Part shown: piece by piece, positions 17,928 to 25,511 of the stretch
How positions within the stretch are numbered: position 1 is the first letter of the stretch
Layout of the letters: each line of letters begins with the position of its first letter
Assembly: GCA_963699165.1 (NCBI GenBank)
Contig: OY969413.1
Span: forward strand, 468,562-532,561
Source: Candidatus Kaiserbacteria bacterium
GTDB lineage: Bacteria > Patescibacteriota > Minisyncoccia > Phycocordibacterales > Phycocordibacteraceae
Reading direction: 5' to 3'
Length of the DNA: 64,000 bases
The notes under the pieces: model-generated
What the model was told of the DNA's origin: nothing
The model's input: the letters and a program-made list of their open reading frames with translations, nothing else
The model's database searches: none
Translations under genes and position numbers: made by a program

Positions 17928-19583
17928 ATGAATAATCAAACCAAAAAGTTTTTCATATATACTCGCAAGTCTACGGACGACAAAGACAGACAAGTCCGCA
18001 GTATTTCTGACCAACTTTCAGAGTTAAAGGAGTTAGCGTTGAAAGAACAACTGGAAGTGGTAGATGTCTTTGTCGAAAAGCAGACCGCCAAAATACCAGG
18101 TCGCCCTGTGTTTAATGAAATGATAGAGCGTATGGAAAAAGGCGAAGCGTCTGGTATTTTGGCGTGGCATCCCGATAGACTTGCGAGAAACTCGGTAGAT
18201 GGAGGAAAAATCATCTACCTCGTTGATACTGGCGTAATCGTAGAGATGAAATTTCCAACTTTTTGGTTTGATCCGACACCGCAAGGGAAATTCATGCTCT
18301 CAATCGCTTTTTCGCAATCCAAGTATTATGTGGATAATTTAAGCGAGAACATTAAGCGCGGACATAGAAACAAAGTGAAGGAAGGAATATGGCCTCAAAT
18401 GTCTCCGATTGGATATGTGAACGAGAAAGGAAAAGGTATCGTGCCACATCCCGAGCTTGCTCCACTTGTCCGTAAGACATTTGAGGCATATTCAACTGGA
18501 AACTTCACTTTGCGGGAAGTCCGCGACAAATTTAATGGTCTTGGATTGAAGCGAAAAAGCGGTAGAGAGCTTGCGGTGTCGAATTATCAAAAACTTCTCA
18601 AAAATCCTATTTACACTGGTCTAATGAGGTATAACGGAGAGATTTTTGAGGGCAAGCACGAACCGATTATTTCAAAGAAACTTTTTGATACAGTACAAGA
18701 AGTGATGAGCCGAAAATCTAAACCGCATAGCAAAGGCTTGAAGCCATATATCTATCGCGGATTTTTCCGTTGTGGAGAGTGTGGTTGTTTCATTACCACC
18801 GAGCAACAAAAAGGTCATAACTATCTCCGCTGTACCAAACGGAAAAATCCTTGCTCACAGAAATATGTTCGCGAGGAGCTCATCACTTCTCAAATTCAAG
18901 AAGAAATCAAAAAAGTTTCTTTGCCTCTCGATTGGACGGAATGGATGATTGCCGAAAATGCAAAAGATCGGCAATCGGAAGTCCAGTCGAGTGAGATTTT
19001 TTCTCAAAAAATTCAAAATGAAATTTCTCTTTTGGATTCAAAAATAGAGAAGCTGATGAGTGCCTACCTCGAAAGTGCGTTGTCACTTGAAGAATATCGC
19101 GAAGCTAAAAACAAGTTGGTTAACCAAAATCAGCTTCTCAAAGAGAAATTAATAGCTTTTGAGAAAAAATCTCATAATCGGTTCGAACTTACCGAAAAGT
19201 TTTTGAAATACAATATGGAATTGGCAAACGACCGAACAAATGAGGAAAATACTCATTTGTTCAAAAAAGTCGGTTCGAACTTTCAAATTAAGGATCGAAC
19301 CGTACTTTTTGAGCCACGCGGAGCGTGGAAAACCCTTTTGGATTCTGGATTCGGCGGGGGGAATGCATTAGTGTCGCGCCTTCGGCGCGACCCCGCTTTG
19401 TCCGTTTCTTCTGATTCCGAATTTTGGCGGAGGCGAAGAGATACGAACCCGACGGGTCGCACCTTCGCCCTATGGCTTACATCCTCAGTATTTTATTTCT
19501 GCTGCTCGGTTCGAATCTCGGCGGGGGTTCCATGTCATGCCTCATGGTTAGGTGATAAGAGCTACTCGGGACGGTGGACGTAA
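17928..19583 (+). CDS. Large serine recombinase (resolvase, recombinase and Zn-ribbon domains)
   Basis: YTRKST catalytic Ser, DRLARN, LLKNPIYTG, HEPII, CGECG...YLRCTKRKNPC; C-terminal 50 aa read through the att junction. Confidence 0.93.
   Translation: MNNQTKKFFIYTRKSTDDKDRQVRSISDQLSELKELALKEQLEVVDVFVEKQTAKIPGRPVFNEMIERMEKGEASGILAWHPDRLARNSVDGGKIIYLVDTGVIVEMKFPTFWFDPTPQGKFMLSIAFSQSKYYVDNLSENIKRGHRNKVKEGIWPQMSPIGYVNEKGKGIVPHPELAPLVRKTFEAYSTGNFTLREVRDKFNGLGLKRKSGRELAVSNYQKLLKNPIYTGLMRYNGEIFEGKHEPIISKKLFDTVQEVMSRKSKPHSKGLKPYIYRGFFRCGECGCFITTEQQKGHNYLRCTKRKNPCSQKYVREELITSQIQEEIKKVSLPLDWTEWMIAENAKDRQSEVQSSEIFSQKIQNEISLLDSKIEKLMSAYLESALSLEEYREAKNKLVNQNQLLKEKLIAFEKKSHNRFELTEKFLKYNMELANDRTNEENTHLFKKVGSNFQIKDRTVLFEPRGAWKTLLDSGFGGGNALVSRLRRDPALSVSSDSEFWRRRRDTNPTGRTFALWLTSSVFYFCCSVRISAGVPCHASWLGDKSYSGRWT
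19426..19448 (-). repeat. att junction: degenerate tRNA-Ser 3' end
   Basis: GTTCGTATCTCTTCGCCTCCGCC versus tRNA GTTCGAATCTCTCCGCCTCCGCA. Confidence 0.85.
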
Positions 19584-21914
19584 ATCAAATTTTGATTCGA
19601 TAATCTTCATCCCTTCGCCCACCTGCATCCAGAAGAACGCCCAGAGCCAAATAAATGCAGCGAGCGAGAGCGGGATAGCTGTGACGAAGAGGCCAAAGAC
19701 AGCAAACGCGGTTGCTAAGATTTGCGTGAGCGAAGTCGCCCATATGATGCTCTTGGCTGGCAGGAACTTCCACCACCGTTCTTTGGTATGAGCGACATAG
19801 ACGAGCATGTGGCCGGAGACGGTCAGCTTAAGGAAGAATGCGGTCTGAATAATCGCGAGCGGCAGATGGAAAACCTCAGCAAGCAAGAAATACATGAGGA
19901 GACTGTTGGCGACGCCCACGAGGCCGAAGAGTGTTCCGAGCGTGAAGCGTTCGCGGGGCGCGAGATCGGCGGGTCGGTCGGCGCGCTTCACGCGGTCGAA
20001 GGCGAGCGTGATGATAGGAATGTCGTTAAGAAATGCGAGCAGAATAATCTGCACCGGAGTCAGCGGGAATCCTTTGATGATGAGGCCGAGTACAAGCGCA
20101 GTGACGATGAGACGGAAGCTCTCGCTGATGCGATAGACGGAATAGTTATAGAGGCGGAAAAAGATTTTGCGCGCCTCGGTGAGCGCGATCTGCATCACCG
20201 AGATGCCGGAGTCCAAGAGGACGATATCGGCAGTGCCTTTCAAGGCATCGACCGCATTGGCAACCGCAATGCCGACATCAGCCTTGCGTACGGCGGGCAG
20301 GTCGTTCACGCCGTCGCCGGTTGCGGCGACGATGTAGTGCTTTTGCGCGGCCGTCACGAGCGCGAGTTTGTCTTCAGGCGAGACCTCGGCGAAGGCGGCG
20401 GTCGTCGCGAAGATGTTGGCAGGTAGATGTGCGAGATCGAGATCCTTTGTTCGGATGACATTGCCCATGAGCCCAAGCGTTGCGGCGACATGCGTGGCGG
20501 TCTCCTTCGTGTCGCCAGTGACCATAATCGCATCAACGCCTTCGTCTTTAAGGAAACGAAGGGTCTCTTTCGCATCGGCGCGAAGCGGGTCGGCGAGAAC
20601 GAGCATACCGATGAGGCTCATGCCGTGCTCGTCCTCGATGCCCGACGGGTCTTTCTTGATCGCCACCGCTATCGCACGGGAGCCATCCTTGCTGGCGGCG
20701 TCCGTGTCACGATGCACGGTCTCTACGAGGCCGTCGAGCGGTGCACATAAGCCCTCGATGACTGGCGGCGTCCCGATAGATACGACGTAGCGAGTGCCGT
20801 CGTGCTCCAAAAGGGCTGTAGTGCGCTTCCTGGTCGAGTCGGCAGGGATTGAGGCAAGCACGCGATAGTCGGCGACACCGGCCTCGGGCGCGGCGCGGAT
20901 GATTGCTGCATCGATGGCACTCGCCGCCTCGGGGCCCGCTGCTGCGGCTGCATACGCACGCAGCAGCGCTTCAGAGAACTGCGCGTAGGCATGGACGCGC
21001 TCGACGGATATTTTGTTCTCCGTGAGCGTGCCCGTCTTATCGGTGAGCAGGAGCGAGACATTCGCGAAGTCTTCAAGGGAGGAGAGGCGGCGCACCAATG
21101 CTTTCTTGGCCGCCACCGCCAGCGCTCCAATCGAGATAATGAGCGTCATCACGGTCGGCAGAGAGACCGGTATGCCCGCAATGAGGAGCGAGAGATCGAG
21201 GATAAGTATGCTTGCAATCGGCTGACCGTCGAGAATGAAGATGATTGTAAGGATTACGACGGCAATCAAGCTCGCGATGATGAGATAGCGCGAAATGGAG
21301 AGAATGTCGCGCTCCATGCTCGACTTCCGCTTTCCTTCCTTTCCTGCGGAAGCAATCTTACCGAAGAATGCTTGATTGCCGATTGCAGAGACAGTGCCAG
21401 TGAAGTTGCCCGTCACGACGACCGACCCCGAGTATGCGGTATCGCCGACTTTTTTCTCCTTCGGGAGCGACTCGCCGGTGAGCACCGCTTCATTTATTTC
21501 AAGATTGATCGCTTCGTCGATGCACGTGTCGGCCGTCACCAGTGCGCCGACGCCGCATTCGATGACATCCCCCACTACAAGATTGTGCGACGGAACGTTC
21601 TCCCATGCGCCATCGCGCAGCACCTTCGCCTCCACCGAGAGCTGAGAGCGCAGTGCTTCGAGCGCGTTGTCGGCCTTGCGCGTGTGCCAGAGCGTCATGC
21701 CGACGTTCAGCGCCAAGAGCGCGAGGATGAACCACCCGTCAAACTGTTGGCCAATATAGAAGGAGAGCGCTGATGCAACGATAAGCATTAGCGACGCCGG
21801 CGAGGCGAGTGCCTTGAGGAGTTTGACGAATGCGCTTGGCCGCTTCTCAACTATTTCGTTGGGCCCATACTTCGCTAACAAACGGCCCGCTTCTGCGGAT
21901 GAGAGTCCTACCAT
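19548..21914 (-). CDS. P-type ATPase, probably type IIIA (H+-exporting)
   Basis: LTGES, GIPVSLP, DKTGTLT, TGDGVND, AFLNDIPIITLAFD. Confidence 0.88.
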   Translation of the reverse strand: MVGLSSAEAGRLLAKYGPNEIVEKRPSAFVKLLKALASPASLMLIVASALSFYIGQQFDGWFILALLALNVGMTLWHTRKADNALEALRSQLSVEAKVLRDGAWENVPSHNLVVGDVIECGVGALVTADTCIDEAINLEINEAVLTGESLPKEKKVGDTAYSGSVVVTGNFTGTVSAIGNQAFFGKIASAGKEGKRKSSMERDILSISRYLIIASLIAVVILTIIFILDGQPIASILILDLSLLIAGIPVSLPTVMTLIISIGALAVAAKKALVRRLSSLEDFANVSLLLTDKTGTLTENKISVERVHAYAQFSEALLRAYAAAAAGPEAASAIDAAIIRAAPEAGVADYRVLASIPADSTRKRTTALLEHDGTRYVVSIGTPPVIEGLCAPLDGLVETVHRDTDAASKDGSRAIAVAIKKDPSGIEDEHGMSLIGMLVLADPLRADAKETLRFLKDEGVDAIMVTGDTKETATHVAATLGLMGNVIRTKDLDLAHLPANIFATTAAFAEVSPEDKLALVTAAQKHYIVAATGDGVNDLPAVRKADVGIAVANAVDALKGTADIVLLDSGISVMQIALTEARKIFFRLYNYSVYRISESFRLIVTALVLGLIIKGFPLTPVQIILLAFLNDIPIITLAFDRVKRADRPADLAPRERFTLGTLFGLVGVANSLLMYFLLAEVFHLPLAIIQTAFFLKLTVSGHMLVYVAHTKERWWKFLPAKSIIWATSLTQILATAFAVFGLFVTAIPLSLAAFIWLWAFFWMQVGEGMKIIESKFDLRPPSRVALIT

Positions 21915-21929
21915 TCTCCCAATTCTAAC

Positions 21930-22346
21930 TTATTTCTTGAATGCGAAATGGAAACTGGAATACGAAAGGTATCCGGGTATGATGACGCCGAGCCACGAGA
22001 GCCAGAGCGGGATGGATACCTCGCCGAGGATAAGATTCCAGCCGAAGGCGATGCGAACTAGGTGAAGCAGGGCGACGATGAGGAAGGCGAGCCCGACCAC
22101 CTTCAACAGGCCGCGCTCAGTCGGCGATTTGATCGGCAGCTTCATGTTCCAGCTGTAGTGGGCAAGGAGCAAGATGAGCACGAGATCGAAAACGATGCCG
22201 GGCCATATCGCGCTCGCGTTCCAGGCGATGCCGAGAATCGTGACCGGCAAGAGCCCCGAGCCCGAGAGCCACAGGGCACAAATAATGTCGGCGATGACGA
22301 GGCCAACGGCGACTTTCGCCAGTTCACGTAAGAAGTGGTGGTGCAT
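21930..22346 (-). CDS. Hypothetical membrane protein (4 TM)
   Basis: Hydrophobic ORF co-oriented with the ATPase. Confidence 0.75.
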   Translation of the reverse strand: MHHHFLRELAKVAVGLVIADIICALWLSGSGLLPVTILGIAWNASAIWPGIVFDLVLILLLAHYSWNMKLPIKSPTERGLLKVVGLAFLIVALLHLVRIAFGWNLILGEVSIPLWLSWLGVIIPGYLSYSSFHFAFKK

Positions 22347-22373
22347 ACCTCTTAAGTATGCCTTGCCCTCCGA

Positions 22374-22556
22374 TTATTTCCACCTATACAAGTGCACAGC
22401 GATGTACATCGCGAGCATCCCAAGGAGGAAGCCCGCGCACACCGTGACAACGTCGTGGAAGGGCACCCAAATGATTCCAAACCATGAGCAGGCGAGAATA
22501 ATCGCCCATACAACGGCGACTCCGATTACGTACACATAGAGCGGGCGCTTGTTCAT
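22374..22556 (-). CDS. Small membrane protein (2 TM)
   Basis: 60-aa hydrophobic ORF coupled to the upstream ORF. Confidence 0.65.
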   Translation of the reverse strand: MNKRPLYVYVIGVAVVWAIILACSWFGIIWVPFHDVVTVCAGFLLGMLAMYIAVHLYRWK

Positions 22557-22756
22557 GAGTGTGTGCTATCACTTTTTTGCGCTCTCCACTTCACAATAAA
22601 AAGAGCTAGAGCACCTGTGACCCAGGCGATTAACAACCCGACTCCTACGCCACGAAAATAGGCATTCCCGGCACTATACCCAATCACAAAGAACACCGCG
22701 CACAGGACAAGCTCAAGTAATACGAGTTTTACGAGGGTCGAGCGCCATGTGTCCAT
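22553..22756 (-). CDS. Small membrane protein (2 TM)
   Basis: 67-aa hydrophobic ORF. Confidence 0.6.
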   Translation of the reverse strand: MDTWRSTLVKLVLLELVLCAVFFVIGYSAGNAYFRGVGVGLLIAWVTGALALFIVKWRAQKSDSTHS

Positions 22757-22820
22757 AGTGTCGTAATTGTAGCATAGTTCGATACCGCTTAATTCCAAGC
22801 CCACTTGTTATACTAAATAA

Positions 22821-23123
22821 ATGAAGGTCTCTTCCGGAACGGTACATACTCTGCCCGCAGATCTGAAGAAGGCACTTGCCGCTTCTCCGGGAGCGCTCGC
22901 AGCATGGGAGGACATCTCACCACTTGCGCGCAATGAGTGGATTTGTTGGACCATTTCGGTCAAGCAAGAGGCAACCCGAAAGGACCACGTAAAGAGGGTG
23001 GTCTCGGAACTCCTCGAGGGGATGCGCCGACCGTGTTGTTGGATAGGATGCATTCATAGAACTGACAAATCAATCAGCCCGTCGATACGAGGAATTCTCG
23101 ATAAACGAGCGAAGCGAAAGTAG
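22821..23123 (+). CDS. YdeI/OmpD-associated family protein
   Basis: LPADLKKAL...WEDISPLARNEWICW...KQEATR...RRPCCW. Confidence 0.8.
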   Translation: MKVSSGTVHTLPADLKKALAASPGALAAWEDISPLARNEWICWTISVKQEATRKDHVKRVVSELLEGMRRPCCWIGCIHRTDKSISPSIRGILDKRAKRK

Positions 23124-23132
23124 ACGAGCGGA

Positions 23133-23271
23133 AAAGTTCGGTGTCCCTTCGCCCTATCTAGATTTTCTAAAAACGTACTGTGTAATAACGGCCAAGAATA
23201 AAGCTCTCGGGTCTATCCGATACTAAAGTCTTCGGGCGGGGGCGCAGTCATTCGAACCGTCAACATAGTAC
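23133..23271. repeat. 139-bp non-coding repeat, copy B
   Basis: Matches 12768-12906; contains GGCGG...ATTCGAAC tRNA-3'-like segment. Confidence 0.85.
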
Positions 23272-23362
23272 TAAGCCCTCACACAGAAGGCGCAGAGATT
23301 CGAACTAAAAATACGTTGTAAAATATAGGTTTCAACATACTACCGATAAAAAGTACTACCTG

Positions 23363-23449
23363 CGGAGGCGGAGAGATTCGAACTCTCGAGAGCCTTTCGA
23401 CCCTGCCGCCTTTCCAAGGCGGTGCACTAGACCACTATGCGACGCCTCC
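23363..23449 (-). tRNA. tRNA-Ser(GGA)
   Basis: GGAGGCG/CGCCTCC acceptor, CCGCC-TTGGAAA-GGCGG anticodon arm, long variable arm, GTTCGAATC; CCA not encoded. Confidence 0.96.
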
Positions 23450-23479
23450 AAGCGTCTATGTGTTATAGCAGAAAAAAAA

Positions 23480-24394
23480 TTATTTTGCCTGCGTACCAAG
23501 CAAAGCTTGGATTCTGTCAGGTATCGGCGGATGCGTCGAGAAGAACCGTTCAATCCAGCCGCTCGTACCGCCGCCGCCCTCTTCTTTAGAACCGAACGGA
23601 TCGCCGATAAAGAGGTGCGCCGTTGCGAGGTTCGCGCTTTGCATTGGCGCGGCATAATTGCCGATTTTCTGAAGCGCAGACGCAAGACCCTCCGGATAGC
23701 GAGTGAGCAAAACGCCCGACTCGTCGGCTAGGTATTCGCGGCGGCGGGAAATCGCGAGCTCAATGAGCTGCGCCGCAAGCGGCGCAAGAATGATGCCGAC
23801 AATCGCAAGAATCATCAGTATCGCATTTCCGTTTCCGTTATCATCGCGCCGGCCGCCGCCCCAAAATGACATTCGCAGAAAAATGTTTGCGACAAGCGCG
23901 ACGAACCCGGCAAGAACAACGGCAATAGTCATCAAAAGAATGTCCTGATTTTTAATGTGTGAAAGTTCGTGGCCGATAACACCTTCCAGCTCGACTCGCG
24001 TCATCATCGAAAGCAAACCGGTCGTTGCGCAAACAACGGCATGTTTTTCATCGCGGCCGGTTGAAAATGCATTTGGAGACGGGTCGTCAATCACATAGAG
24101 TTTCGGCATGGGCAAGCCCGCCGTGATTGCAAGATTTTCGGTAACGGTGTAGAAATCGAAAAATTCTTCGCGCGTTGCAGGCCGCGCATGATTGAGCGAT
24201 AACACGAGCTTGTCGGACTGCCAGTATGCATAAAAGTTTGTCGCAAAAGCAACGACGATGGCGATGTACAAAATCACCGGATCGCCGTAGTACCAGGAAA
24301 TCGCGTAACCGAGCGCGATGACCACAATCAAAAAGACAAGGACAAGCATCCATGTTCGTCGAATATTTGCGGAACGTTGTTGGTAGAGGTTCAT
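23480..24394 (-). CDS. htpX: Zinc metalloprotease HtpX (M48)
   Basis: PNAF, GHELSH, SRRREYLAD, STHPP. Confidence 0.93.
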   Translation of the reverse strand: MNLYQQRSANIRRTWMLVLVFLIVVIALGYAISWYYGDPVILYIAIVVAFATNFYAYWQSDKLVLSLNHARPATREEFFDFYTVTENLAITAGLPMPKLYVIDDPSPNAFSTGRDEKHAVVCATTGLLSMMTRVELEGVIGHELSHIKNQDILLMTIAVVLAGFVALVANIFLRMSFWGGGRRDDNGNGNAILMILAIVGIILAPLAAQLIELAISRRREYLADESGVLLTRYPEGLASALQKIGNYAAPMQSANLATAHLFIGDPFGSKEEGGGGTSGWIERFFSTHPPIPDRIQALLGTQAK

Positions 24395-24894
24395 TTTGAA
24401 TTAAGCCGTTCTTCGACCAGTGCAATTTCGTGGTCAATGCCCGAAATGAGCTCGTACTTCGCGGTCTCGGCGGTGGTTACCCACGCGTACTCCGTGGCAT
24501 CCGCATCAAGCTTTACTTCTCCGCCGGCATAGCGGCAATACATGCTTAGCACAAGGCAGGCTATGCCGTCCGGACGAATGAACGTCAAATCGAGCAAATA
24601 GGATATCTGATCAACATCGACGCCGACTTCCTCATTGATTTCTCTGCGAAGCGTTTTTTCAATGGCGTTGTACCATTGCGGACTTTCGTCGTTTTGATAC
24701 GTCGCTTCGGTCGCCGTATAGTCGGTGGCTTCGAGCCCGCCGCCCGGCACTGTCCACTTCCCCGGCCACGCTTTCTTGTGCGGCGCGCGCTTGGTGATGA
24801 GGTAGCGAAACTGCCCATCACCGTCTTTTTTCCAAATGATTCCCGTAACCGCGATGCGATGAAGCTCGTTGTCTTTCGGAATCGGCACCGGCAT
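24391..24894 (-). CDS. NUDIX hydrolase
   Basis: WTVPGG...LRREINEEVG. Confidence 0.88.
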   Translation of the reverse strand: MPVPIPKDNELHRIAVTGIIWKKDGDGQFRYLITKRAPHKKAWPGKWTVPGGGLEATDYTATEATYQNDESPQWYNAIEKTLRREINEEVGVDVDQISYLLDLTFIRPDGIACLVLSMYCRYAGGEVKLDADATEYAWVTTAETAKYELISGIDHEIALVEERLNSK

Positions 24895-24896
24895 GG

Positions 24897-25466
24897 TTAG
24901 AACTGAACTTTCACCGGTTCGGCCGCGGCGGCATCGGCGCCAGACAACTCGAAGAGATCCATCGGCTTAAAACCGAACGTAGAGGCGATGACGTTGCCCG
25001 GAAATGACTGAAGCGAGGTATTGAGCGACATCACGGTCGTATTGTAGAAGCGGCGCGCCGCCTGAATCTTGTCCTCGGTATCGCCGAGCTCCTGCTGAAG
25101 CTGAAGGAAATTCTGATTGGCTTTCAGTTCCGGATACGCTTCGGAAACGGCGAAAAGCGTTTTGAGCGTTCCGGAGAGCTGATTCTCCGCGGCGGCCTGC
25201 GCGGCCGGTGTCGCATTGCCCGCGCCCATGGCCGCCGCTCGCGCCTTCGTTACATTTTCAAATGCGCTCGACTCGTGCGCGGCATATCCTTTCACCGTCT
25301 CGACGAGATTCGGAATAAGGTCATAGCGGCGCTTGAGCTGAACCGCAATGTCGGCCCACGCTTCTTTGGCCTGATTCGTCAGCGAAACAAAACCGTTAAA
25401 GGCGAAAATGAGCCAGAGCACAATAACCGCAACAATGACAAGCAATACGATAATGGTTGTAGACAT
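24897..25466 (-). CDS. lemA: LemA family protein
   Basis: QLKRRYDLIPNLVETVKGY, EAYPELKANQNF. Confidence 0.95.
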   Translation of the reverse strand: MSTTIIVLLVIVAVIVLWLIFAFNGFVSLTNQAKEAWADIAVQLKRRYDLIPNLVETVKGYAAHESSAFENVTKARAAAMGAGNATPAAQAAAENQLSGTLKTLFAVSEAYPELKANQNFLQLQQELGDTEDKIQAARRFYNTTVMSLNTSLQSFPGNVIASTFGFKPMDLFELSGADAAAAEPVKVQF

Positions 25467-25511
25467 ATGCGCGCATTATACCACTTTTGGTAATGGCTAT
25501 ATACTAGCAAA

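Larger units (their letters stand above)
15713..19430. mobile_element. 3.7-kb serine-recombinase integrative element in a degenerate tRNA-Ser 3' copy
   Basis: GGCGG cores at 15713-15717 and 19426-19430; removing the element rebuilds a site resembling the tRNA-Ser 3' end plus flank (23336-23384). Confidence 0.82.

Noticed and set aside
17572-18014. ORFs 17572-17931(+), 17733-18014(-) and the mirror ORFs near 15500-16058 as genes
   Set aside because: They are translations of the inverted att repeats; 17733-18014 was used only to read the attP-form tail.
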